Below, one piece after another: positions 29,458-39,449 of a stretch of DNA of 64,000 nt. How positions within the stretch are numbered: position 1 is the stretch's first letter; each line of letters begins with the position of its first letter. The translations under genes and the position numbers were made by a program. The DNA is from Candidatus Latescibacterota bacterium. GTDB lineage: Bacteria > Latescibacterota > UBA2968. The stretch spans positions 3,456,001 through 3,520,000 of the forward strand of contig OZ242320.1 of the NCBI GenBank assembly GCA_965208125.1, given 5' to 3'. Under the pieces are notes generated by a model. It saw only the letters and a list, made by a program, of their open reading frames with translations. It was not told the origin of the DNA and did no database searches.

Positions 29458-30486
29458 TCATTCTGCATAAACTGCTTCTCGTAAGCCCTTCAAATATCCG
29501 ACGGCAAATAGCCGCGCGATGCCGTGCTCGTCACCAAATTGCTCGTCTCCCATTTTGGGATAGTGGTCTGGGCGGCACACGCCGTCAAATTCGACGTCTC
29601 GATATGCGCGCAAACATTCGACGAGGTCCGTTTTGCCATCGTCGTGAAATGTTTCTTCAAATTTATCGGGTTGACCGACAACATCGCGGATGTGCAAGAA
29701 ATGGATTTTTTTCTGTTCGCCAAAGTGCCGGATGACCGAGGGCAAATCGTCTGTCATCAGTGTAAAATTGCCCTGGCAAAGCCCTATGCCATTCATCGGA
29801 CTCGGTACGAGGTCAACGAGTTTTTGGTAGTTTTCAACGCTGCTCATAATGCGCGCAATGCCGCGGATGGGCGATAGCGGTGGGTCGTCGGGATGCAGGG
29901 CCAGTTTGACATTGGCTTCTTCGGCCACGGGTACAATGCGCTCGAGAAAATACTTCAGATTGCCCCACTGTTGTTCCTCTGTCACGGTTCCCGAGGGATT
30001 CTCTTGCTGGGCTATTGGTACGCCGTCAATATTGTGTATGGGACGCTCGGCGGGATCGCCTTGCGATTCCAGTGCACTGAGATCAAATCCACTTACATGC
30101 GCGCCACCCCGCGATGAAATGGATCGGGATGTACGCATGACTCCCAGTATGGGCATCCACGCATAACACCACACGGGGATTTCGAGTTTGCCCATGTTTC
30201 GGAGCAGTTCACAGACTACCTCAATTTCCTCATCTCGTCCGGGCAATCCCAGTTTTATCTTTTCCATGGGTGGTCGCGATTCAATGACCTCAAAAGGTAT
30301 TCCGGCCGCTTCGTAAGCGGCTTTTGCTTTTGCCAGCGATGTGTAACTCCAGGGCTGTTCTTCTGGCTCTGCGTCCGGTTTTGGGCGCAGTGTTATGCCG
30401 CCAACTGCGCCTTCGACCCCGCATTGTTTCATGAGCGTCCATCGCTGACTGGCTTGTGGCGGTGCCAGGATAGCAATTCTCAACAT
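29458..30486 (-). CDS. uxuA: Mannonate dehydratase family protein
   Basis: CYAWMP, LHPDDPP, CQGN, HIRD, RPDH. Confidence 0.85.
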   Translation of the reverse strand: MLRIAILAPPQASQRWTLMKQCGVEGAVGGITLRPKPDAEPEEQPWSYTSLAKAKAAYEAAGIPFEVIESRPPMEKIKLGLPGRDEEIEVVCELLRNMGKLEIPVWCYAWMPILGVMRTSRSISSRGGAHVSGFDLSALESQGDPAERPIHNIDGVPIAQQENPSGTVTEEQQWGNLKYFLERIVPVAEEANVKLALHPDDPPLSPIRGIARIMSSVENYQKLVDLVPSPMNGIGLCQGNFTLMTDDLPSVIRHFGEQKKIHFLHIRDVVGQPDKFEETFHDDGKTDLVECLRAYRDVEFDGVCRPDHYPKMGDEQFGDEHGIARLFAVGYLKGLREAVYAE

Positions 30487-30676
30487 GACTATTTCCTTTC
30501 GTTGTTGGTGTTTTTGCCATTTTCATCGCTGCCCAATATATGCAGACCGGGTGCGATATGCCATAAAAAATCCATCGCCAGGAGCGTGCTCTAAATGGCT
30601 TTTGAGAAGCTGTGCTCTTGCATATATTAATAATGACAAAAGGCAATCACTATCTGGCATACAAGGAGGCTCTGCT

Positions 30677-31987
30677 ATGACCTGTAAACTGCTGGCGCAG
30701 TCATGCTCAATTTACTCGCCTTCATACCCCGCTTGGAAAATTCTCGCTGCCATCCTGTTGATCACACCACCTCTATTGGCTCAGGAGCAAGCTGAAAACC
30801 GCTTCCAGAGGGCGGCGGAGCGACATTTTGAGCGCAATGACGCAAATAAAGACGGCAAATTGTCGCGGGAGGAATTTCCCGAACAACGGCGCCGTCTGTT
30901 TGAGCGAATTGACACAGATAAAGATGGCTTTGTCACACTTGAAGAAGATACTTTTTATCGCAAGAGCGCACCGGATCGTTTTTTAGCACGCAATGACGCA
31001 AATAAAGACGGCAAATTGTCGCGGGAGGAATTTCCCGAACAACAGCGCCGCCGGTTTGAGCGAATTGACACAGATAAAGATGGCTTTGTCACGCTCGAAG
31101 AAGATATTCTTTTTCGCGATAATCAATGGAGGAATGCCGTGCAGGTTCCAGAAGGTGTAACTGTCCACCGAGATTTGATCTACGGACGGGTTGGGGAAAG
31201 AGAACTCCCCCTCGATCTCTATCTTCCGCCCGATACGTCATCCCCCGTGCCCGTGGTGATATGGGTTCACGGGGGGGCGTGGCGTGGGGGGGGCAAAGGC
31301 AATGGCGGACGGGCGCGCAATATGACCACACGCGGATTTGCCGTTGTTGCTGTGGAATATCGGCTCAGCGGCGAAGCCCTTTTTCCAGCGCAAATTGAAG
31401 ACTGCAAAACAGCCGTGCGATGGGTGAGAGCAAATGCAAAAAAATACAATCTCGATCCCGACCGTATCGGCGCGTGGGGCTCGTCTGCTGGGGGGCATCT
31501 CGTGGCGCTGATGGGTTTAACGCACGATGAAAATGTATTTGAGACGGATGATCACAGCCAATATTCGAGTCGGGTGCAGGTGGTATGCAACTGGTTTGGG
31601 CCTACAGATTTTTTGCGTATGAATGATTTTGAGGGTCGAATTGATCACGACGCAGCCGATTCGCCCGAGTCCGAATTAATTGGTGGTCCTATCCAGGAAA
31701 ATAAGGAGAAAGTCGCTGCGGCCAATCCCATTACTTATGTCAGCAAGAACGATCCGCCCATGCTCATCATGCACGGGGAAAAAGATCGGGCAGTTCCCTA
31801 TAATCAGAGCGAATTGCTCTATGCCGCAATGCAAAAAGCGGGATTGGATGTCACGCTTTATAAGGTCGTCAATGCCGGTCACGGCTTTGGCAATGCCACG
31901 CAAGATAACCAGGCATCGCTGTTTGAAATGTCCGCTCAATTTTTAGAAAAGCATCTTAAACCCCAAACGGATGCCGCATCACCATAA
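30677..31987 (+). CDS. Secreted EF-hand-containing alpha/beta hydrolase (esterase)
   Basis: AGGAGG RBS, signal-like segment, four EF-hand loops, HGGAW, GSSAGG, HGEKD, AGHG. Confidence 0.88.
   Translation: MTCKLLAQSCSIYSPSYPAWKILAAILLITPPLLAQEQAENRFQRAAERHFERNDANKDGKLSREEFPEQRRRLFERIDTDKDGFVTLEEDTFYRKSAPDRFLARNDANKDGKLSREEFPEQQRRRFERIDTDKDGFVTLEEDILFRDNQWRNAVQVPEGVTVHRDLIYGRVGERELPLDLYLPPDTSSPVPVVIWVHGGAWRGGGKGNGGRARNMTTRGFAVVAVEYRLSGEALFPAQIEDCKTAVRWVRANAKKYNLDPDRIGAWGSSAGGHLVALMGLTHDENVFETDDHSQYSSRVQVVCNWFGPTDFLRMNDFEGRIDHDAADSPESELIGGPIQENKEKVAAANPITYVSKNDPPMLIMHGEKDRAVPYNQSELLYAAMQKAGLDVTLYKVVNAGHGFGNATQDNQASLFEMSAQFLEKHLKPQTDAASP
30833..31119 (+). repeat. Intragenic tandem duplication, period 156 bp (EF-hand pair x2)
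   Basis: Near-identical DNA copies begin at 30833 and 30989. Confidence 0.92.
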
Positions 31988-32006
31988 AAGTATAATGTGA
32001 ATGAAT

Positions 32007-32044
32007 AAGCCCTGGAGATTGAGTTCTCCAGGGCTTTTGTTTTT
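32007..32044. terminator. Intrinsic terminator
   Basis: AAGCCCTGGAGA/TCTCCAGGGCTT stem with T-tract. Confidence 0.88.
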
Positions 32045-32058
32045 AGATGGGGCAAAAG

Positions 32059-32667
32059 TCAATGAAACTCCAAACTCGCCACAATTTGCTCATATTCGGT
32101 TAGCGGATAGCCTGCGTCCCGGCTGCCATTGCCGATCATGTAATACCCCACCCGATTGTGGATGGCTATGGCTACGAGAAATCGGGTGCCGGGATAATCT
32201 CGATTGGATCTTTCCAGTTGAGAATAGCGAAATTGCCACTGAATTGCCTCGCCCACATTGAGCCGGATGCGCTGTTTTTCGCCAATAACGCGATATTGAT
32301 CAAATGCCTGCATTAGATACTCTTCTTCAAACGCCTGAACGATCTCATCCACTGTCATTGTGGTGAATCTCGCCGGCAGTCCTTGTGGATACAGGTGCAT
32401 TTGTGGACGAAAGTCACTTGTGAATCCAGGGCTGAGAATGCGTACGGTTACGGGTGATAAACCACTGTTGGGATCTCTTTGAGATGTAATGGTTGATATA
32501 TCGATACCCCACTGGTCGTTGGGACGACTGACTCGAAATCCCCATGAGTTGTTGGTATAAACGAGTCCATCTAAAGTGGGTTCAGGCTCTGTGGGGATTG
32601 GTTTACACCCAGAAGTTGCCAACAGGCTACACAGCGCGAAAGCGCAAAATATTCGGACGCATATCAT
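32059..32667 (-). CDS. Hypothetical lipoprotein
   Basis: Lipobox-like LATSG-C; AAGGAG RBS before MICVR. Confidence 0.7.
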   Translation of the reverse strand: MICVRIFCAFALCSLLATSGCKPIPTEPEPTLDGLVYTNNSWGFRVSRPNDQWGIDISTITSQRDPNSGLSPVTVRILSPGFTSDFRPQMHLYPQGLPARFTTMTVDEIVQAFEEEYLMQAFDQYRVIGEKQRIRLNVGEAIQWQFRYSQLERSNRDYPGTRFLVAIAIHNRVGYYMIGNGSRDAGYPLTEYEQIVASLEFH

Positions 32668-32709
32668 ATTAATCTCCTTTTCGATCAATCGCGAAAGCAG
32701 ACAAGTACT

Positions 32710-35616
32710 TTATTTGACGCCAGATGGCTTGGTCGTGTTCCTGTCGCGTTGGAGCAATTCCGGGTGCAGGCGATAAAATATCGCTTCTATCTGCTTCAGA
32801 CCCTCGGCCTGCACCACAAAATGCCCATCTATTACCACAGTCGGCGATCTTGTCGGTATCACGCCGAGTGCTTGAGCAGTGGCGTGTATTTCCGCCCTGT
32901 TGTCTGTTCCGCTGACGTCAATACCCATCTGTTTTAAGCAGTTTACCACAGAAGATGTGTCGGAAGTAGCCTTCTGTTTGTGGCATAATAGGGCGTCAAC
33001 TATCCGCTCTGGAGCGGCCTGTTGTGCCTGCCGAAATAGTGCGTTTTGTTTGTCATTGCCTATAAAATGCAGGCGCAAGCGCCCAGGTGCCTGGACTTTT
33101 TTTTGCCATTGCAAGAGTCGTTCAGCTATTTGTAGTGCTGGAGATACGTTAACATCCATAAACAGGTCCATACCCTCTAAATTTTGGCCTTGAAGAACCC
33201 GCGCAATGGGTGTCAATAGCACGGTTGGCACAAAGTGATCGCCAACGCGCTGCATCAAGTGTGCAAACCGATTAAAATGGGCTGTTTGTTCAAATTTGTC
33301 ATCCAGCACATAAGCCGGCACCCGATCCAGCCTATAACGCGCAATCAAATTCTGTCCCATCTCGCTGTTCACATCCAAAGTTTGGAAATCAGCACCGGGA
33401 AAGAGCGATAGTGTAGATCGAATAAACGAATACGTATCACATACTTTACAGGTCGCGTCGTTGAGAATGGTCGTTTGAAAGGGGATGGGATCGCGTACTT
33501 CGCATTGCGCGCGGGGCGTTCCGCCGTTTAAGCACAGGCCAACTTTGCCCGGATGTACACAATCCCGATCGCTTATGCACTCGGGAATATCGGCGCAAAA
33601 GGGCAAATTTTTATTATTGCGACATATTAATTGCGCCACCTCATGAGACGACGTTTTGACATCGCGCCCATTTACGCGCAATGTGGGCGATGCGTTGATC
33701 CCCAGCAGATTGGCTCGGCGAATATTTTCGGCAAATAGCGTTTCACCCGCAATGCTTTCGGATAACTCTGCGATTTTGTCTGCATCCATGTTCACCTGCG
33801 TTGCACAAACGCGCCAGTCGGTTGCAATACCCGATTTATTGCGACACAAAATGTAATCCCAGAACCGATTGGGATACAGCGACATCACAACGGTTTGCCG
33901 AATGCCTTCGGCTATTTCTCTATCGCCGTGCAAACTGCGAAAGCGGCCCGATCCCGTCGCGGTCGTCGCCTGACATCCAGGCTCTGTTGTTCGTGTCGTG
34001 CGTGCGACGGGGGGAGGCGATGCGACATCCTTTGCGTTCGCTTCATCTGCGATAAAATACAGATGAAAGTCGATTTGATCCCTCAATTTGCGAAACAGAG
34101 GGGCAAGGGTTTGTTCTGCGCGTATGCCATAAGGGCAATCTGCCATTACAAATAGCTCGACGAGGGGGCGACCATCTCGGCTCTGTCCCGTATCCTCGTG
34201 CTCTTCTGATTTAGTTATTGGGTGAGAAGAACCGTGCCCCTTGTGATTCACTTCCGCCAACATATCGGCAAATCGGGTGTCAAAGTCGGGCGTCTGATTT
34301 GCATCGTGACAGCGCTGGCATAAATTGGGAGACGGTGTGCGGCGAATATTGCGGACTTCGGGCCTCCGCGCATGTTGTTCTCCTGGTCCGTGGCACACTT
34401 CGCACTGCACATTTGTAAGTCGTTTGGCATCTTTGCCAATTCGGAATCCCGTGGGATATCCAAATCCCGTTGTATGACACGTTACGCAGTCGGGCTGATA
34501 GTGTTTTTGTTTTTGTAACAAGCGATTAAATGCATTCGCATGATGCGACTGCTCCCAGTCTGTAACCTCGGCTGCATGGCATCCTTTGCACGTCTCTACC
34601 CCCACATATCTATTGGTGCCCTGACGCACCTGATCTTCCAGTGCAAATCCTGCAAATCTCGGTCGCCCCGTCTGCTGTAATGCAGAATTTTTTTGAACCA
34701 GATTGTAGAATTCATCCACGAGCCGTTTCACGGTGCGGTCTTCGCCAATGGATTCCGAGATCAATACGGGGGTGATTTGTTCTGCTGCCACCCGTCCATT
34801 TTCTACGTTTAAGATCGCCTGCCCAATTGCCTTGCCCTGAGGCTGGGTGCCCAGCAATAGGGTATTGCCAATCTGATGGGTTGTCTCGGTTGACCTCGCG
34901 CTGATCACGACATCTATATCGGCGATATGTTGTACGAGGCCGCGTTCTGCCTCTCGATCCAAATCGCTCAATACAACTATGAGATCGGTCTTTTGACGCA
35001 CAGATGCGACCGCTTCCTGGATGCCATCAAGTTTAACGTCTATGCCATCGGGCATATTTATATGCGAGGCCCCCATTGCCATACCGTGTACTTCAATATT
35101 CCGTTCACCCGCCACACCTATGACACCTACGCGCACATCACCCGCGTCCAAAATTTGCACGGGCGCACCCATTTGTACGCCATTTATCTTCAAGTTTGCA
35201 CTTACAAAAGGGATGCCACCAGAATCGCGCATGGTTTCAAAGAACGCTTGTCCAAACCGCAATTCTCCCACACCGATATTGGCGACGTCGTAATGGATGG
35301 CTTTCATGGCTTGCAAATGTATTTTGCATCGCAATTGGTCCAATACGGTATCGCCTGCAAATAGACCGCCGGCATCTAATAACAGGGCATTGGGATACGA
35401 TCGCTTTAAGTCATTTACCATTGATGCACGCCTCGCAATGCCGCCGAGCTGATTGTCCGCGCAGCCACACACTTCCAGGAAGCTCTGTGTGTCTCCCGTA
35501 TAAAGCAATACTACCTCTGCCGCTCTACTTTGTCCGATGAGACAAAAGACAGCTAATAGGAGAGACAAAACGAAGGGTGATCTTTTACAATCCCATCTGT
35601 GTACATTTGGGTCCAT
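32710..35616 (-). CDS. Exported fusion: UshA/5'-nucleotidase-like domain, tetraheme c554-like domain and thioredoxin/DsbA-like domains
   Basis: CGC..LGGIARR, FVSANL; four CxxCH (CKGCH, CVTCH, CEVCH, CQRCH); VELFVMADCPYG, SPTL, CKVC. Confidence 0.8.
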   Translation of the reverse strand: MDPNVHRWDCKRSPFVLSLLLAVFCLIGQSRAAEVVLLYTGDTQSFLEVCGCADNQLGGIARRASMVNDLKRSYPNALLLDAGGLFAGDTVLDQLRCKIHLQAMKAIHYDVANIGVGELRFGQAFFETMRDSGGIPFVSANLKINGVQMGAPVQILDAGDVRVGVIGVAGERNIEVHGMAMGASHINMPDGIDVKLDGIQEAVASVRQKTDLIVVLSDLDREAERGLVQHIADIDVVISARSTETTHQIGNTLLLGTQPQGKAIGQAILNVENGRVAAEQITPVLISESIGEDRTVKRLVDEFYNLVQKNSALQQTGRPRFAGFALEDQVRQGTNRYVGVETCKGCHAAEVTDWEQSHHANAFNRLLQKQKHYQPDCVTCHTTGFGYPTGFRIGKDAKRLTNVQCEVCHGPGEQHARRPEVRNIRRTPSPNLCQRCHDANQTPDFDTRFADMLAEVNHKGHGSSHPITKSEEHEDTGQSRDGRPLVELFVMADCPYGIRAEQTLAPLFRKLRDQIDFHLYFIADEANAKDVASPPPVARTTRTTEPGCQATTATGSGRFRSLHGDREIAEGIRQTVVMSLYPNRFWDYILCRNKSGIATDWRVCATQVNMDADKIAELSESIAGETLFAENIRRANLLGINASPTLRVNGRDVKTSSHEVAQLICRNNKNLPFCADIPECISDRDCVHPGKVGLCLNGGTPRAQCEVRDPIPFQTTILNDATCKVCDTYSFIRSTLSLFPGADFQTLDVNSEMGQNLIARYRLDRVPAYVLDDKFEQTAHFNRFAHLMQRVGDHFVPTVLLTPIARVLQGQNLEGMDLFMDVNVSPALQIAERLLQWQKKVQAPGRLRLHFIGNDKQNALFRQAQQAAPERIVDALLCHKQKATSDTSSVVNCLKQMGIDVSGTDNRAEIHATAQALGVIPTRSPTVVIDGHFVVQAEGLKQIEAIFYRLHPELLQRDRNTTKPSGVK

Positions 35617-35649
35617 CTGGTTGCTTTCTGTTTTCTGAATTTTGTCTGT

Positions 35650-35680
35650 AAAAAAAGGCCCGATATTTCATCGGGCCTTT
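35650..35680 (-). terminator. Intrinsic terminator after lepB
   Basis: AAGGCCCGAT/ATCGGGCCTT stem with A and T tracts. Confidence 0.85.
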
Positions 35681-35700
35681 TAAGTACCTTTTTTATTCGG

Positions 35701-36357
35701 TTACTCCACCAGACCCAGCCTGCCCCAACGGATTTTTTGAAAAATGTTCCACAGAGGCTTTTGGCTATCCCAGGAATAATAAATAAATAATGGGTGTGCT
35801 TTTACTTTTTCCATAGGCACCATCCCCCAAAATCGGCTGTCGTAGCTGCTGTCGCGATTGTCCCCCATTACAAAAATGTGTTCCGGTGGCACTGTGTGAG
35901 GTCCGTAATTGTCGCGTGGACTATGCTGTTTGTGTTCTACTCTGGGATCTTCGTGCTTAACGCCTTCTGGATTTTCAAATCGCTTTCCATCTACATATAC
36001 AATTTTGTTTTTGATTTCTACTGTCTGCCCTTCCACCGCAATACACCGCTTGATAAAATCGCGCGACTCATCCCGGGGGAATTCAAAAATCACCAGATCC
36101 CCCGGTTGGGGGGTTGAAAATCCCGGTACGCGAAATGAGGGCAATTTGGTATTCAGTATGGGCACGCGGTCGGGTATTTGCGTGCCGAAGGTCAGTTTAT
36201 CGCCCAGTACGTAATCGCCTTCTAATAGCGTATCTTCCATCGATCCCGAGGGAATGTGATACGCTTGTACCAGCGTTCCCCGGATCAAAATGGCCAAAAA
36301 TATGGCGATTCCAAATTCTCGCAACGCGCTCCGTTTTCGCTTCTTTCTTTTTAGCAT
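35701..36357 (-). CDS. lepB: Signal peptidase I
   Basis: IPSGSM, FIKR, MGDNRDSSYDSR. Confidence 0.95.
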   Translation of the reverse strand: MLKRKKRKRSALREFGIAIFLAILIRGTLVQAYHIPSGSMEDTLLEGDYVLGDKLTFGTQIPDRVPILNTKLPSFRVPGFSTPQPGDLVIFEFPRDESRDFIKRCIAVEGQTVEIKNKIVYVDGKRFENPEGVKHEDPRVEHKQHSPRDNYGPHTVPPEHIFVMGDNRDSSYDSRFWGMVPMEKVKAHPLFIYYSWDSQKPLWNIFQKIRWGRLGLVE

Positions 36358-36434
36358 AGTCCTTCCATTGTGGTGAGTTGTCGGTTATACTGAGTCGTGC
36401 CCTGCAAGGGCGGTAACTGGTCTGACTGCTTTCT

Positions 36435-37412
36435 TCAACGATTTTGTGAAAAATAAGTTCGCTCGGGTTGGCCTGTTTCAGCAGATTTGTTTGCCGCGAG
36501 CGAAATATCGAGGCTGCGCAAACCGTCTTCAAAGTCAGACAAGATTCCCGATCTATCTCCCGAACGAATTGCAGCCATAAATACTTCGTCAATATCTTCC
36601 GATTCGAGCATTTCGCCGACTTCCGCCGCACCTCCAGGAAATACGGTTACACCATTTCCATCGACGGTCGCTCGCATATCGCGCATGATGATATCAATGC
36701 CATTTGAGCCACCGCCATTGCGGAGAACGCATGTGGAACTCAGCGTGCCCACAGCACCATTTTCAAATTGGAGAGATAGAGCATATACATCGGGGATATC
36801 GAGATTTTCGACATCGTTCAATGCGCGGGTGGCATAATACGCGTGTACTTCTGCAACATCACCCACGAGGTAACGCAATAAGTCGATCTGATGCGTGGTC
36901 TGTTCGACAATCTGCCCACCCGACTGCGCCATCACGCGCCACCACGGGGTGCCAGGCAAACCGCCCCATCGATAGGCCAGGGCCATGGCAACGGGCTTGT
37001 CTTTCAAAAATTCACGCCCCTGTTTTGCCCAGCCCGTATATCGCTGTTGATAGCCCACAGATGTCAGCACACCTGATTTTTGAACGGCTTCCAAAATTTC
37101 CAATCCCTTTTCCATTGACGGCACTACGGGTTTTTCCAACAACATGTGTACGCCCTGTTGCGCCGCCAAAATCTCTGCGTCGTAATGTGCAAATGTCGGC
37201 ACGACCACATACATTGCGGTCAAATTTTCACTGTCCAGCATCACGCGATAGTCGGTATAAGCTGTGCCACCAAATTCCGAAGTCGCGCTTTGTGCTGTTT
37301 CTTCTTTTATGTCGCAAATTGCAACGATCTCGACATCTTCTATATTGGCTAACGCGCGCATATGCGACCGCGCACGTCCTCCAGCACCCACAAAACCCAC
37401 ATTAATGCTCAT
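36435..37412 (-). CDS. Gfo/Idh/MocA oxidoreductase
   Basis: GFVGAG, LEKP, EQTTHQID. Confidence 0.92.
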   Translation of the reverse strand: MSINVGFVGAGGRARSHMRALANIEDVEIVAICDIKEETAQSATSEFGGTAYTDYRVMLDSENLTAMYVVVPTFAHYDAEILAAQQGVHMLLEKPVVPSMEKGLEILEAVQKSGVLTSVGYQQRYTGWAKQGREFLKDKPVAMALAYRWGGLPGTPWWRVMAQSGGQIVEQTTHQIDLLRYLVGDVAEVHAYYATRALNDVENLDIPDVYALSLQFENGAVGTLSSTCVLRNGGGSNGIDIIMRDMRATVDGNGVTVFPGGAAEVGEMLESEDIDEVFMAAIRSGDRSGILSDFEDGLRSLDISLAANKSAETGQPERTYFSQNR

Positions 37413-37441
37413 TTATATCCTCCATAGTATTCTTTTGTTCA

Positions 37442-37470
37442 AAAATAGACTGCATGGCCAGAACTGTCAA
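37442..37470 (-). promoter_or_regulatory. Sigma70-like promoter
   Basis: TTGACA-17 nt-TATTTT on the minus strand upstream of a GGAGG RBS. Confidence 0.65.
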
Positions 37471-37510
37471 GAGGCACGCCCATTATTAAGCTGTGTTGTG
37501 GCACTTTGCA

Positions 37511-39256
37511 TTATTTTTTTGCCACTGGACCCTGTGGCGCCTCCTTACTGTACAATGTACTGCCTCGCTCGTAAGACGCGACGACTGAACCGTCGGCAAT
37601 TTCCAATCTGGGTACGTTTTTTTCGAATACATCGCGGTCGGGTCCGCGCATGACTGCTATCTGTTCATCGGTCATGCCCGAGACGAGATCGCCCCACCGT
37701 TTTTCTGGATGGGTCAATTCTCCGCCGCTGCGATTGAAGTTGCGCGATGAGTATTTGTGCAAAATTCCCCGCCGCGAGATGTCACTTTTCCATGCCAATG
37801 TGCCATGTGTGGTGCCGCCATCCATGAAGAAGAGCACATCGCCCGCTTTCATCTCTACGTGTTTGACCAATTCCATGTGGTCATCGCAGGTGCGCACGCC
37901 CGGAGGGAGTGAATAATACGCTTTGTGCGATCCGGGCACGCACGCAAATCCGCCATCGGCTTCGGTTACGTCGCGCAATTGCCAGGTCACAGTTACGGCT
38001 TCGCAATAGCTTCGCCCATTTTGATAAATATATCCTCGTCCGGGATTGAGCGGCTCATTGGAGTCGTGCAGAGAATGGCCCGATGTACCTTTGACTGCGC
38101 AAAATGCCGTTCCCCCTCCCGTGCGACCGCCACTGGCACCCATCCAGTTGAGCCGATGTTCAACAGCCGGGTGGGCGAGCATTCGGCGAAATGGGTCACA
38201 ATGGGGACTGGGCAATTGAGTCAGCCCACTCAACAGGGGCCTGCCCGTGCCCGCGAGGCTTTTTGACCCGCGTGCGAGTTCTTCGCCAACGACGATTCGA
38301 TCCTCAAATTTGTCAATGGCGGCATTGGCCTGTGCCAGCCATTCTTCATCCATGATTCCGCGTAGCACCAGGTACCCGTTCAGGTCCCAAAAGAAAAATT
38401 CCTTTTCATCAATGCCCGAATTTGGATTTTTAATCAGGTAAGATGGGTGGAAAATCTGGCGGGATTCGTCCAATGCAATTGTCTCACCATCTGTTTTCAA
38501 CGTTGGTGGTGGCGTGGTATCGCGATATCCAGGTCTGTACAGCGATGCACGCTGCTCTGGACTCATTCCCGCCATTGAGTCGGATACTGGCATTTTTTCT
38601 GTTTCAGGGCCAGGTCCCGCAGAACGGATCACACCACGTCCCACGTATTCGTAGGATAGCAAGCGTTGCAGTCCCTCGCCATGCCACGGACGCATGCCCT
38701 GTACGACGCTCAGGCCGACAATGAGCAGATCACCCGCTTTTAATTCTGGTTGAAAAATATAATCCGAGTCATCCTCGCCGGTCAATATATCCTCTGGCGT
38801 TTCTACATTTGCCTTGTGTGTACACGGTACGAATACAAATCCGCCTTCTCCGGCTTTGACATCAGAGAGTGCCCAGATTACGCGCACGCCTTCGCAAAAT
38901 CTTCGATCGTTCTGATGATAATATGCCAGCGCGGGATCTCGTGGCTCATTGCCGCCCTCCAGCGGGGCAGAGATGTCACAGGTTACGTCACATAGAATTT
39001 CGGGGGCGCGGTCGAGTCTGAAACCGTATCCGACAATTTGATTCAGATACCACACGAGTTGGGGATGGATCAGCAAATCGCGGAATGGTTCGCGCAAATC
39101 GCCTTCCCAGCCGAGCATTCCTTCGAGTGACCCTGCCCGATCAATTGCGTCGTTTATCCGCGCGACTTCGGGACGGGTTAAAGCCCCTGGTATATGCAAA
39201 TAACCCGTTAAATCAAAGGCGTAATTCTCTTCGTTTGTCATCGTTTCCCGGTCCAT
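37511..39256 (-). CDS. Tandem two-domain PhyH-fold protein, copy A
   Basis: FDLTGYL and WDLNGYL, GGFVFVPCTHK and GGFACVPGSHK, AGDVL, THGT; GGAGG RBS before MDRET. Confidence 0.85.
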   Translation of the reverse strand: MDRETMTNEENYAFDLTGYLHIPGALTRPEVARINDAIDRAGSLEGMLGWEGDLREPFRDLLIHPQLVWYLNQIVGYGFRLDRAPEILCDVTCDISAPLEGGNEPRDPALAYYHQNDRRFCEGVRVIWALSDVKAGEGGFVFVPCTHKANVETPEDILTGEDDSDYIFQPELKAGDLLIVGLSVVQGMRPWHGEGLQRLLSYEYVGRGVIRSAGPGPETEKMPVSDSMAGMSPEQRASLYRPGYRDTTPPPTLKTDGETIALDESRQIFHPSYLIKNPNSGIDEKEFFFWDLNGYLVLRGIMDEEWLAQANAAIDKFEDRIVVGEELARGSKSLAGTGRPLLSGLTQLPSPHCDPFRRMLAHPAVEHRLNWMGASGGRTGGGTAFCAVKGTSGHSLHDSNEPLNPGRGYIYQNGRSYCEAVTVTWQLRDVTEADGGFACVPGSHKAYYSLPPGVRTCDDHMELVKHVEMKAGDVLFFMDGGTTHGTLAWKSDISRRGILHKYSSRNFNRSGGELTHPEKRWGDLVSGMTDEQIAVMRGPDRDVFEKNVPRLEIADGSVVASYERGSTLYSKEAPQGPVAKK

Positions 39257-39398
39257 GTCAGCCTCCTTGACTGTGATGTACCTGTTTGCCTGCCGATATG
39301 CAGGCATGAATGTGGCGGTTTATTCATGAAATGTTCAAATTGATGCAAAAAACAAGCATAAAATGAAACCCTTCTCGACCGATTGCTTGACGCATCTT

Positions 39399-39429
39399 AA
39401 AAAAAACTGCCCATTTAAATGGACAGTTT
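39399..39429 (-). terminator. Intrinsic terminator between the duplicated genes
   Basis: Minus strand AACTGTCCAT-TTAA-ATGGGCAGTT followed by a T-tract. Confidence 0.75.
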
Positions 39430-39449
39430 GTGAGTTGTGACGCTTTGCA

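Noticed and set aside
35461-35469. Second selenoprotein at the UshA-like CxC motif
   Set aside because: The codons are TGT-GGC-TGC, so both residues are Cys
39257-39307. 17-aa N-terminal extension of the duplicated PhyH ORFs
   Set aside because: A GGAGG RBS lies just upstream of MDRET in both copies
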